DNA of 64,000 nt, from assembly GCA_000004985.1 (NCBI GenBank), contig GG738859.1, one strand, 5' to 3'. Below, one piece after another: positions 20,274 to 31,500 of this stretch (positions within the stretch are counted from its first letter, which is position 1; each line of letters begins with the position of its first letter). The stretch comes from Naegleria gruberi. Taxonomy: Eukaryota. Under the pieces are notes generated by a model. It saw nothing but the letters and a program-made list of their open reading frames with translations. It was not told where the DNA came from and searched no databases. A program made the translations under genes and the position numbers.

Positions 20274-23200
20274 CTAAATATCTGTAATATGAAGTTCGTG
20301 TGATGATTCATCAAAACTTTCAGACATTTCTTCAGAATTACTTGTTTGGCTGTCTAAGGAGATAGCAGAGGAAGTTCGTTTTTTAGTGAGGTAGTCTGAG
20401 TTGTTGTTAGGTGAAAGATTCGAGTTGGACAATACATTGGAGTCCTCTGGAGATTGATCGTTGGTTGTTGATACAGCTGTTGTTGCAGTTGAAGAGACTG
20501 CTGCTGAGGAGGTGGTAGAGCTGTCATCTTCATCATATACAATGACTTTCTTCTTCTTTTTCGTTACTTGTGGTGGAACTTCGAGTTTACAACTAATTTC
20601 ATACAATTCGTCCATAGGTCTATAAATGAGATGGTTCAATCTCTGGTGAAGGAGTGGAATAATTTCAATTTGATAGAAACCTTGTTGATAGGTTTGAATT
20701 TGACGAATGAGTTGACCTAAGAGTCTTCTCTTTGAAAAGTTAATGAGATTTCCTTCCTTTGTAAAGTCAGTATTTCCTTCCTCAATGAATAACAAATCCG
20801 TCAAAAACATGCCGATATATGGTAGAACAGTCTTATCTGCATTGTTGGAGAGTGCCTCTCTCATGGCATGATAACTCTTCTTTGGGTTGGTCAATTCGAG
20901 AAGTTCTTGGAATCTAGTCTTCCACTTTTCAGGAATGAGATCCCACGTCTTTTTAAGTCTGTGAATTGGATTTGAATTCAATCCTGCTACAATATCATAC
21001 ATGGTATTGTAATTTCTAATCTTTTCACATTCTGATGCAATCTTGATGAATTGTTTCAAAACATAGGCTCTTTCTTTGACATCTTCATAGGAAAGTATAT
21101 CTGTTGCTACCCACATTCCGATTTCATTGGATCTATTAATCATGGCATAAATATTTGGTGCCTTCTTACTTCTGGTTTCTTTCATCCAGTTTTGATTCAA
21201 AAATTCTTTTGGACGCAATTTTTCAAAGAGTCTATAACTGATCAATGTCAATTGGAGACATAATCTATTATTTCCCAAATGAACTAGTGGTATATTCTTC
21301 AAATTTTCCTCACTATTTCTATTGAGAAGTTTGAATTTCTTGAGTGAGAGAAGTGTTCCACTTCCCTTACTTCCACTAGTCTTCAAATTTTCCTGCAGCT
21401 CGTGTCTGTGTTTGACTTCTTCGAGTTGTTGAACCTTGAAAGTTTCCTTTCTCTTTGAAGATCTTTGGAGGAGATTTCTCAAAGTTTTAGATAGAGTTTT
21501 CATTCCAATTTCATACATTTCATCAATGAAACTGTCCAATTTGAATTTCAACTCGACATCCTCACGGAAATCATAAAAGTGATTCTGAATCCAATTGCTC
21601 AACACTTGGCCAACTCTCAAACGCATAGGCGTAAGAATTTTAGATGAAAAGTTTTGGAAGGTAGCTTCCATTTCTTCCATCTTATTATCCCTTTCCAGTG
21701 ATAAACACTCTTGAGGTGGTGGCGTATTGAATCGGAGAATTAACTTTTCCAATAAATCCATTGGTGTTGTAAAAGATCTGTAGGTCAATAAGAAGAGGTA
21801 CATGTACTCATTCTCAAATTCTTCATTAGAAGTCAGTAACACTATCAACTTATCAAGGGTAGCAGCTCTTACAACATTCGACGTAGGATCTCTCACAATA
21901 TTAGATGGTGATTCCTCCTCATTAAATCCAACATACTTATCCAAATTGTCAGATTTAAACAGTGGCTCCAGACATTTCTCCTTAAGACAAATGAAATAAT
22001 TTTCAAATGGTTGTAATGTTGGTGCCACTGAAGAGGATGGTTGGTTCGAGTCATTTGTGGTATCAGTCTTTGAAATTGTATTATTTCTATTCTTTGAAAT
22101 TCTGGCCTTCTTTGAAAGATCGCTAGCTGTTAGAATGAGTGAAGAAGAGGCAGATTCCAAGTCAAAATCCAAAGTTGCCAATATTTGAGCCTCCTGAAAA
22201 TCATACTTCTCATAAATTGGATCCACATCAGGATATATTCCTTTGAAGAAGAATGATTCAACCTCTTGCAAGCCATACAATTGATTATTTGTAATATCAT
22301 CATAGTCTGACAGTAAATTATTTGATATATCAATGACTTTTGAGTCCACATTTGGGCTGTCAATAAATAATTGATTATTTCTCTTTCTTCTATTAGAAAG
22401 GGTTTTAATATCTTCATCAGTTAATTGAGTAATATCACCAGGTGATGAAACAGATGATGTAGCAGATGAGGATCCTAGCCTTTCTCTCAATCCTCTTGGT
22501 GTTCCTATCAATTCCAATCTTGGTGAACTCAACATGACATCTTCTGCTGCTGTTGTTGTTGTTGTTGATGAAGTACCTTCAGAGAGACTTGATTTTCTAA
22601 AAACTGGTCTCTTTACCTCTTCCGTTGGAGTTGTTGATTGATTATCATTTGTTGTTACTGGACTAGAATCAGCTGTTGGTGCTTTACTCGATTTTCTAAT
22701 TACAATCTTCTTTTTAAAACTCTGCACTCCACTATTGACAAATGGTGATGAGGGAGTTGGAGAATTGGAAGAATGTAAACTAATTGATTGATTAGTACTT
22801 GTTGTTGGAGGAGACAAACTCAATTCAGAGCCTGTATTAGGAATGGTTGAAGGAGATAACAATCTTTCTATCTTTTCATTATCATCGTCATCATAATTAT
22901 CACTCAGTGATTCATAATCTTGTTGTTGCTTATGAATGGTCAATCGTAAAGATTTGATCAATTCGTCCTTCTCCAGCAAGTTTCGTTTAGCTCTGACTAA
23001 CTTTTTATGTAAATCAAGAATGGTATTTCTCAGAGTATCCACATCAGATATATCCTCCACGTCAAATAACAGTAAATCATCATCTAATTGATTACAGGAA
23101 TTTGACTCATCATCGGAATAGGGTGATGAATTTCTTCGATTTTTAATTTGAGAGGCATGAAGATAATGTGATGTTTTTCTTGGTGAGAGGGAGAGTGGAG

Positions 23201-23393
23201 AAAGGGATCTACTATTTTGTTGTTGTACTCGATTGTTATTATTGGATGATGATGGTGATGAATAATTCTTGATATTGATAGTTGGAGTGGGATTTGAGAA
23301 GGTATCTTCATCATAGTATTCATCTTCATTGTAGACTATCTTATCAGAAGTGGAAGGAGAAATTATGATGGGAGTGGTGCTTGTAGTGGTCAT
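20274..23393 (-). CDS. Ras guanine-nucleotide exchange factor with RasGEF N-terminal and CDC25-homology catalytic domains, plus Ser/Asn-rich linkers.
   Basis: 1039-aa ORF. The REM-like region is VVRAATLDKLIVLLTSNEEFENEYMYLFLLTYRSFTTPMDLLEKLILRF. The CDC25 catalytic region is LTLISYRLFEKLRPKEF...NIYAMINRSNEIGMWVATDIL...NYNTMYDIVAGLNSNPIHRLKKTW...PYIGMFLTDLLFIEEGN. Confidence 0.8.
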   Translation of the reverse strand: MTTTSTTPIIISPSTSDKIVYNEDEYYDEDTFSNPTPTINIKNYSSPSSSNNNNRVQQQNSRSLSPLSLSPRKTSHYLHASQIKNRRNSSPYSDDESNSCNQLDDDLLLFDVEDISDVDTLRNTILDLHKKLVRAKRNLLEKDELIKSLRLTIHKQQQDYESLSDNYDDDDNEKIERLLSPSTIPNTGSELSLSPPTTSTNQSISLHSSNSPTPSSPFVNSGVQSFKKKIVIRKSSKAPTADSSPVTTNDNQSTTPTEEVKRPVFRKSSLSEGTSSTTTTTAAEDVMLSSPRLELIGTPRGLRERLGSSSATSSVSSPGDITQLTDEDIKTLSNRRKRNNQLFIDSPNVDSKVIDISNNLLSDYDDITNNQLYGLQEVESFFFKGIYPDVDPIYEKYDFQEAQILATLDFDLESASSSLILTASDLSKKARISKNRNNTISKTDTTNDSNQPSSSVAPTLQPFENYFICLKEKCLEPLFKSDNLDKYVGFNEEESPSNIVRDPTSNVVRAATLDKLIVLLTSNEEFENEYMYLFLLTYRSFTTPMDLLEKLILRFNTPPPQECLSLERDNKMEEMEATFQNFSSKILTPMRLRVGQVLSNWIQNHFYDFREDVELKFKLDSFIDEMYEIGMKTLSKTLRNLLQRSSKRKETFKVQQLEEVKHRHELQENLKTSGSKGSGTLLSLKKFKLLNRNSEENLKNIPLVHLGNNRLCLQLTLISYRLFEKLRPKEFLNQNWMKETRSKKAPNIYAMINRSNEIGMWVATDILSYEDVKERAYVLKQFIKIASECEKIRNYNTMYDIVAGLNSNPIHRLKKTWDLIPEKWKTRFQELLELTNPKKSYHAMREALSNNADKTVLPYIGMFLTDLLFIEEGNTDFTKEGNLINFSKRRLLGQLIRQIQTYQQGFYQIEIIPLLHQRLNHLIYRPMDELYEISCKLEVPPQVTKKKKKVIVYDEDDSSTTSSAAVSSTATTAVSTTNDQSPEDSNVLSNSNLSPNNNSDYLTKKRTSSAISLDSQTSNSEEMSESFDESSHELHITDI

Positions 23394-23704
23394 TTTGTTT
23401 TTTACGTGTTGATTTTGTTGACAGATGTCAAAGCGAGATGTAGGGATGATTATTTCTTGTTTGGAAGTGGTTGTAAATGTATGGCTCTTTGTGTATGATT
23501 GACCTTTTGAGGTTTGCTTGGACGGTCCATTATAGAGAATGATATTCTATATTTCAAGGTGCAAGGAATATTATGAGAAACAATGCTCAAACACTCGGAA
23601 ACCTATCAATTTTTGACAATTCTTTGGCATCTATTCAGAAAAGCCAAATTAAACTGGCTATCTTTAGCTAGGTTGATAAAATTGTAATAAACTGAATTAG
23701 TTTA

Positions 23705-26122
23705 TTACAGTTTGGAATTTCTGAAATTTTTAATCTTAAAGTGTAAATTATTCTTTCCTTGTAATGTCTTGTTCTTTTCTTCTTCCTCTAATGCAATTCG
23801 AATTCTCATTTGTTGAGCCCTGTGTTGCTGTTGTTGTAAAGGAATGAATTGTGGCTCTTCTTTAAGGAAAAATCGTTGAATACCATAACAGAAAAGTTCC
23901 AAATACTCGGTCCAATCAAAGTCGAAATCTAAATTGAAAACACTTGTTTCTCCATATGAATAGTCTCTTTCATTTTGTTCAATCTTGTCATAAGCTTCCA
24001 AGACATGACTATTATCAAAGAACCATTCATTCATTGTAAAATGGTAAAAGTGTTCTCCAAGTGTTTGAGCTCGTTGTTCGACTTTGAGAAGGTCTGCTGC
24101 TAATTTCGAATACCTTGTAGGTATATTTTGTACGGGTGTTGGTGATGATGAATTTGTATCATTGGAAAATATACTCTTAATTAAATTTCCTAAGAGGTCA
24201 TTGTTTCCATTCAACATGGAAACGGAATTTTGATAATGATAAGAAAGTCTATCCAATGCTTTGAACAATTGTGACCATGCAGTATATCTCAAGAAAAATT
24301 GGGTATTATAATTAATTGGATTATCAATCATAAGAATGTTTGGACTCATACTTGGATCAATCTTACGTTTGGATGGACATTTTCTCCAATATTCAGCAAC
24401 TCTGGTAGCTGTTGTTCTCCAAGGAGCTGGATTTGATGTTGAAGTTCCACTGTGATAAATTCGTAAAAGGCCTCTTTCATTACCATCTTTGGAAGTGGTG
24501 ATAGCTCTTTGTCTGGTTTGTCTTTTCACTACATCTACAGGAGACATTAAAAGTGTATTCACTACAAAATCTACAGGTATTTGATCTGAAATAGAGTCGT
24601 ATTTTCCTGGAATTATTCTCAAAACGCAAAGCCCAATAAATAAGTATACAGCTGCACCAGCTGAAACAGCATCAATCCAACCTGGTTGTGGTTCTTTGAG
24701 AGCTGCACCAACAATAGTTGGTCTGACAATGGATATTGGAACTCTTCCATGATATTTTGCAACAAGCTTTTCAGCCAAATGTTTGGTTAATGTGTAAGTG
24801 TTTGGGAATTTGGTATTTTTAAGGACCGTATTGGTGAATTGGGTCATGAAATTTTGGTCTTCCTTATTGTGAACATCTGGTTTGTAAGTATTTGACAATG
24901 GTGACATGTCAAAAAATCTATCAAAAGAAAAGTCAGAGAAAATTCTTTCACAAAATTGTTCAATTTCATCTAATTCTTCCTCAGAACCCTGTGTATATTC
25001 TTGTGTATTGGTATATCCAGTGACAAGTTTTCTAATTCTATGCTTCTTTTGTTTCTCTCCAACAGTTGAGTTCTGTAAATAGAGTGGATAAAATCTCTCG
25101 AAAATTTTTGATCCACTTGGTTGATTAGAATTAACGTAGGCAGTTGAAACATGTGTAAAGCATTGCACATTTGGACAGTGAAGAGCAAAACGTAACATAT
25201 TCAGTGTACCAAATACATTTAAACGTAAAGCATCTGGTAATGGTTCTGTAAATCCAACAGTGGCAGCTACGTGTATCACAATATTGACTTCATTCTTGAT
25301 TTCACAAAGTCTCTTGCAATTTTCCTCTGCCTTTTGTGTATTGTCATAATTTGGAAAGAATAAATCAGTGTCAGTGACATCACCTTCAACACAGATTAAT
25401 TTTGAAAGAGCATACTCTTCGAATTGAGTACGATCTCCCTTAAATCTTTCATCAATGAGTCTATCCATGATTGGTGACCTTATAATCTCGTTTAACATTC
25501 TGTCATATCCCGATATTAATCTTGGTTCAGAGGTTCCTGATGAAGTCTTTCTTTCGACCTTTTTCTTGGATCTGATTAAAAGGTATACCTTGTTTACATT
25601 TGGAAGGCAACGAAGAATCTTTTCGGCAAGTGTTTTTCCAATAAATCCAGTGCAACCTGTACACAATAATGTCTTGCCATCATAAAACTCCTTCATACTA
25701 AACAAATGATTATTATCGAGGGAGGAAGCATTAAAAAGGTCATCATCACCAACATTATTATAATCAGTATTTGGTGGTAATAAATTTGATTTTTCATCCT
25801 CTTGTTTGTTATTCTGTTCGAGAGCAAGGTCATCATTGATTTTTTCAATCGTTATTGTTGTTGAATTATTGTTGTTATTAATATTATTATTTTTTGAATG
25901 TTGTTCTTGTTGTGGCTGTTGTTGTTGATTTGACAGAAGGCTTGATGATGATAGTTGTTGTTGTTGTGGTTGTTTAAAAGGACCAACAATAGGTTGTTGT
26001 TCATTACCAAAGAATGTTCTCTCAATTTTGTCATCAGAATCGACGTGTTGAAAATTTGTCCACGTCGATGAGACAATATTATGTGTCAGGGTCGAATTTG
26101 TTGCTGCCAATGAATGCATCAT
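23705..26122 (-). CDS. Fatty acyl-CoA reductase (alcohol-forming, male-sterility / FAR family) with a Gln/Asn-rich N-terminal extension.
   Basis: Rossmann motif LLCTGCTGFIGKTLAEKIL. The NAD_binding_4-like core is IVIHVAATVGFTEP...TYTLTKHLAEKLV...ISIVRPTIVGAAL. The C-terminal sterile-domain-like region includes FFDNSHVLE. Confidence 0.8.
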   Translation of the reverse strand: MMHSLAATNSTLTHNIVSSTWTNFQHVDSDDKIERTFFGNEQQPIVGPFKQPQQQQLSSSSLLSNQQQQPQQEQHSKNNNINNNNNSTTITIEKINDDLALEQNNKQEDEKSNLLPPNTDYNNVGDDDLFNASSLDNNHLFSMKEFYDGKTLLCTGCTGFIGKTLAEKILRCLPNVNKVYLLIRSKKKVERKTSSGTSEPRLISGYDRMLNEIIRSPIMDRLIDERFKGDRTQFEEYALSKLICVEGDVTDTDLFFPNYDNTQKAEENCKRLCEIKNEVNIVIHVAATVGFTEPLPDALRLNVFGTLNMLRFALHCPNVQCFTHVSTAYVNSNQPSGSKIFERFYPLYLQNSTVGEKQKKHRIRKLVTGYTNTQEYTQGSEEELDEIEQFCERIFSDFSFDRFFDMSPLSNTYKPDVHNKEDQNFMTQFTNTVLKNTKFPNTYTLTKHLAEKLVAKYHGRVPISIVRPTIVGAALKEPQPGWIDAVSAGAAVYLFIGLCVLRIIPGKYDSISDQIPVDFVVNTLLMSPVDVVKRQTRQRAITTSKDGNERGLLRIYHSGTSTSNPAPWRTTATRVAEYWRKCPSKRKIDPSMSPNILMIDNPINYNTQFFLRYTAWSQLFKALDRLSYHYQNSVSMLNGNNDLLGNLIKSIFSNDTNSSSPTPVQNIPTRYSKLAADLLKVEQRAQTLGEHFYHFTMNEWFFDNSHVLEAYDKIEQNERDYSYGETSVFNLDFDFDWTEYLELFCYGIQRFFLKEEPQFIPLQQQQHRAQQMRIRIALEEEEKNKTLQGKNNLHFKIKNFRNSKL

Positions 26123-27041
26123 ATATTTGAATCTATTGTTTTTTCCTCTTCAATCTTTTCCGGAATAATTATTCAGATCGTGTGAATTTGGAAGGCAATC
26201 CTCTTCTCGCCGCGTTTTTTTCTCTTTTTTTCAACTTTTGCAAGGACGTGTTTCAACAAGTATTGAAAGTACAAGAATTTGTTTCATATCTTGTTAATTC
26301 TATTCTGGATTTTAGTCATCAACAACTCTAACCAGCACCAGCAGGAGTGGAATGAGAATGTAATATTATTGATGAGAATTAAAAATCGATTGCCTCGGAT
26401 TATAAATCGGAACTAAATAATGAACGAATCAGATAATACGTCGACGATTGATTATTTACTATGCAGCTCTCTTTAAAATCTTATTACAAATAATTTACAG
26501 CTATCACAGTTTTGCCTTATTTGAAATTGTTGAAGAGGTCAATGAGGAAATTTCCTCTTGAAAAAAATCCTTAAAACTTCAAGATCTTCCACTTATTTTC
26601 CCGTTTCTGTTCAACATGTTACTTCCTCGTGTTAAGGTTTTTTTTGATTGCCAGAATAATGAAGGAGAAAGCAAGTAATATATCTTCAACTTGTTGATTG
26701 AAACTTTGGAAAGAAGAATTCTAATTCTAGCTTCTCGTTGGCGATTTTCAAACAAAAATTCGACAATATTTGAAATCAAGAGTTCACGCAGAACGTTCTT
26801 TGAGAATGAGTTATACTTGGAAACAATCATACATGAGGAAATTGTGTTGATTCTTTATTGGTAAAATATTTCAATGAGCGTAATCCACCAAATACATGAC
26901 ATTTTCCAATTTCAGTGATTTCTTTTAAAAGAAAAATTAAAAAGAAGAGAATTGATCAACTAATTCAACAGGTAAAGTTAGTTATTTAGAACAAACTGCT
27001 ACTCAATTCAAGAGAGAAAAAACAGCAACACCTTCCTCACT

Positions 27042-28253
27042 ATGAGTTTTGATGTTACTAAACAAACTGGTCAACCAAGAAATTCCGGCGAATGGTCCTT
27101 CTCTAATCATGCATTGAATCCAAAGGGTAACGAATTTTCTTTCCTTCCTCCCATACAAGGTTCAATTGATGAAGATTCTATTGAGTCTTCAAAGAATGGA
27201 AGTGCTGATTCGTTCCCAACGATCAATGAGCAAGCAAAAAGCAACACCAATGATCAAGGCGGAAATGGACACAGATTACCATCTATCAAAATGTTGACAG
27301 AATTACCACTTCAACAAACAACATACACTGCAAATTATGTTCCAATTAACTTGGAAGGGCAACAGTCAACAACTCCTCACATTGGTATTCCACCACCATT
27401 GAATAGTCCTTCATGTTTGAATTTAAGTGCCTGGTCCCTTAATTCCCCATCAATGAATGGAGGCATTGCTTATCCATCCAATAATACTGGACCAGATTCG
27501 TACTCAATCTTGGGTGGAGCAGGCACTTCAAGAGTTCATGGTCCTTCAAATTTGTCACCATATGCTTTCAGGCCAATTCCAACAAGTGCTGGTTTGCCAG
27601 GGTTTCCTTCCATGAATAACTCGCACAATTATGTTAGTAGTTCCACCATCTCAACCTTCAATAGCACCACTGCAAACTCTCAATTCAATTCATTTGTAGA
27701 CCAAGCACAACCTTCCAAGAGAAGATCCATTGATGGTTATGAGGCGTTCGAACCATATTCTAGTAGCTCAAGAACAAAGCGATACTCCTTCTCCTCGTAC
27801 AGTCCTCAGATTCAATCAAAAAAAACAAATTCTGATAAGAGAAGCTCTTCAGAGGAGGATGATACAATTATTCAAAGAAGAAGCAGTTTCAAAGAAATTC
27901 CAATTCAATCCATTGTCCAACACTTACATCTCTCACAACGTGATGCTGCAAAAAGTCTTGGTGTTAGTGTCAGTACTCTAAAGAGAAGATTCTACAGTGT
28001 CAGAGATCAGATTGGAATTGAAAAGTGGCCAACAATTACCACAACCACAATTCAAAGTTCTCAGCAATCCCTTTCTAATGTTTTAATCAAATATCCCATC
28101 ATCAATCCAGTCCCAACCACAACCTCAACAACATTAGAAACCTCCCAAACAAATCCTCCTCTAATATTGCAAAATGTAAAGGAAGAGGATTCGTCAAGTT
28201 CCACAAATGGAATTTCTTCCTCTGCTTCGTGTGCACCTTTGCAAAACCAATAA
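27042..28253 (+). CDS. RWP-RK domain protein, a putative transcription factor, Ser/Thr/Pro-rich.
   Basis: The block IPIQSIVQHLHLSQRDAAKSLGVSVSTLKRRFYSVRDQIGIEKWP resembles the RWP-RK motif (LKDAAKxLGVCxTxLKRxCRxxGIxRWP). The rest is low-complexity. Confidence 0.5.
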   Translation: MSFDVTKQTGQPRNSGEWSFSNHALNPKGNEFSFLPPIQGSIDEDSIESSKNGSADSFPTINEQAKSNTNDQGGNGHRLPSIKMLTELPLQQTTYTANYVPINLEGQQSTTPHIGIPPPLNSPSCLNLSAWSLNSPSMNGGIAYPSNNTGPDSYSILGGAGTSRVHGPSNLSPYAFRPIPTSAGLPGFPSMNNSHNYVSSSTISTFNSTTANSQFNSFVDQAQPSKRRSIDGYEAFEPYSSSSRTKRYSFSSYSPQIQSKKTNSDKRSSSEEDDTIIQRRSSFKEIPIQSIVQHLHLSQRDAAKSLGVSVSTLKRRFYSVRDQIGIEKWPTITTTTIQSSQQSLSNVLIKYPIINPVPTTTSTTLETSQTNPPLILQNVKEEDSSSSTNGISSSASCAPLQNQ

Positions 28254-28517
28254 CCATTGAGAATTTATCAACCTCACTAAACAATGAATGTGATATTCCA
28301 TTGTATGGAAATGTCTTGTAAATAAAGAGTGTAAATATTTTGAATAACTTCATTTGAACTGTTAACAAGATGAACATTTTCAAAAACCTGAACATTCTCT
28401 ATATTCATAACATACATCTAATCCTGAATTCCTTATTGACACCTGACAACTTCACAAACAAAGGATTCTTAATTACTTTAACCGTATCCTAAGGGTAAAT
28501 TTCTACTGTTTTAAAAA

Positions 28518-31500
28518 ATGTCAGAAAATGAAGTGGACCTCGATTTCTTCAGGCGTAACTTTCAGCAGTATCAACAACCACAACAACAGCAACAAAAACA
28601 CATTGAAAGCAACACATCAAACATAATCATTACGCTCGGAGTACAAAATAATTCTCATCACGGTGATGGCAATTCAAACAGTTCCAATGAAGATGATGAA
28701 ATTATTTATGGAATTTCGAGTTGCCAGGCCTTCAAGTGGAATTTCATTATGGAGGTGATCTTTTGGTTCGTTTGTATTGCTTCTCTCGGATCACTGCTCT
28801 TATTGTGTAAATGGATTAATTGGTTAAAGTTGTATTTGACTTGTGTGAAGATTTCCACCACTTTTAAACAAGCTGATTTTTTATTGATAGAGTCGAATTG
28901 TAGTATTCATGGAATGGATGGATCATTTGGTAGATATACAGTGGTGCCTATTTGTCGTGATTTGGAACGAGAATTTAATGTGAAATTTATCAAATTTAGA
29001 ACTGTTTCTTTTGTGTATTGTGAAGAGAGGGATGGTTTCATTCCGTGTCGATTTAATATTGGAAATAATTTTAATCAACTTCATGAAAAGATTGATCAAT
29101 TTGTGGAGAATCAAAATCTCTCTAAATTTCACAAGTTACTGAATCAGATTTTTGGAAAGAATATTATTGAAACACCTGTGAAACCAATCTTCTCCTTGTT
29201 GGTTGATGAAGTTTTTCACCCATTCTACATTTTTCAAATTGTCAGTGTTGTGATTTGGTGCATGATTGATTATTGGATTTATGCTCTTGCTATTGCATTT
29301 ATTAGCACATTGAGTTGTTTGATTAATCTTCATTCTACAAGACAATCAATGGTAAAACTGAGAGAAATGACTGGAAATCAAGTTATTCAATTGAATAGAG
29401 TCAAATTATCTCAGGATCAAGCCATCTCTCAACCCAATTCAATTCACAAGTATCACATTGATAAGAGGGAACGTGTCTCGTCGAGTGAGTTGATTCCTGG
29501 TGACTTTGTAGAGATTGAAAATGGAATGAATGTTCCTTGTGATATGATTCTAATGAGCGGGCAGGTCATTGTCAATGAATCCATCATGACTGGTGAAAGT
29601 ACACCTGTTAAAAAGATGCACATTCCAAACAAGTCGAATCATTTTCATCAACATGGCGAGATTTCTAATATTTTCGAGGGACATACACTCTATGCAGGCA
29701 CTAATGTCATCATGATTAAGCATCAAGTGATTGGTATGGTTATTAATACAGGATTTCAAACTATGAAAGGAAAATTAATTATTCCAATCATTTATTCCAA
29801 GCCAAGCAATTTCCAATTATATAGAGATTCATTCAAGTATATGATTATCATGTTTTTCTTTGGATGTGCAGGGGTTGCTGGAACTTTTATCAATTTGTAC
29901 AATATTCACGTGCCAATTCCTAGAATATTTTTGGAATGTTTCGTCTTGATGACTATTGTGATTCCTCCAGCTCTTCCAATTGCAATTGCCACCACTTTGT
30001 CCTTTGCAATTTATAGATTGAGATTTTGGAATATATTTTGCATTGCGCCTCAAAGAATCAGCTTGTCAGGTATTGTGAAAAAGTTAGTTTTTGACAAGAC
30101 CAATACCTTGACTTGTGACCACCTTGAACTACATCATGTGATACAGAGTAATCATTTGGATACCAACTCAGGTGAACTGTTAGAAAATCCAAACTCACCT
30201 GTTGGTGATATAATGCATTGGGCAATGTCAACTTGCCATGAATTGACACTACTTCAAAATGGTCAATTAGTTGGTGATCCACTCGATATCAAAATATTTG
30301 AAGCCACCCCTTTTAAATTCATTGAAGATCACCCAACAAGTGGACATTCACAAGTTCAATCTGAAAATGAGGAAACTAGTTTTGAAATTCTCAAAATTTT
30401 CCCTTTCAAATCTTCACTCCAAAGAATGTCAGTCATTGTGAAACATCAAAGTGGAAAGATTTTCTGTTTTACAAAAGGATCAGGTGAAATGATCAAACAG
30501 CTATGCGATAATTCACAAAGTGTTCCATTCGATTTCTATCAAACTCTGTATAGTAATTCACATAAGGGATATAGAGTAATTGGGGTTGCTTTTAGAGAAT
30601 TATTTATTGATGATTTGGAAATGATTCAAACAATAGATAGAAATCAAGTGGAATGTGATTTAAAATTTATTGGCTTAATATGTTTGGAAAATAAGCTCAA
30701 AAAGGAAACTCCACAAGTCATCAAAAAGTTATTGAAATGCAATCTAGATGTTGTGATAGCCTCTGGAGATAATCCATTCACAGTGACCAGTGTTGCAAGA
30801 CAAATTGGATTAATGACGAGTGAAAAAATTTACCTTGGCGAATTGGATTTGTCAAGAACGAATGAAAATTGGATGAATAGTTTAGTTTGGAGAAATGTAG
30901 ATTCTGAAAAGGACATAATTACCACTGAACAATTAATTGAGGAATCACATTTATATGCCAATTTGGTAGAATTCGCCCTGACTGGACCAGTTTTCAATTA
31001 TATTTTACAACATGCCTCTGATTGCACAATCTCTATCAATAACCAATTGGAATTATCTTTCATCAAGTTTATTCTAATGAATTGTAAAATCTATAGTCGA
31101 TTCTCTCCCCAGGACAAGATGAAATTAGTGGAAATTTTACAAAACGATTTGAAATACTCGTGTCTCATGTGTGGAGATGGTCAAAATGATATCAAAGCTC
31201 TCAAACTAGCTCATGTTGGTGTTTCTCTGAGCAGTGATCAAGAGGCATCTCTTGCTGCACCGTTCACAAGTCTGAAACCTTCCATTGAGTGCGTTCTTTC
31301 AGTACTCAGAGAGGGAAGATGTGCTCTGTGGTCCTCATTCCAAGTATTCAAGTACATGTCTCTCTACTGTCTGATTCAATTCTATACTGTGGTGATTCTA
31401 TTCCAGAAGAATACGAAAATGTCTGATTTTCAATATCTGTTTGTGGACTTGTTTATTGCATTGCCAACTCTCTTGCTCATGACTAGGACCAAGTCAACGA

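Noticed and set aside
26579-26830. 83-aa minus ORF in the long spacer upstream of the RWP-RK gene
   Set aside because: Its composition looks non-coding and it has no conserved features. The region is more likely promoter or UTR.
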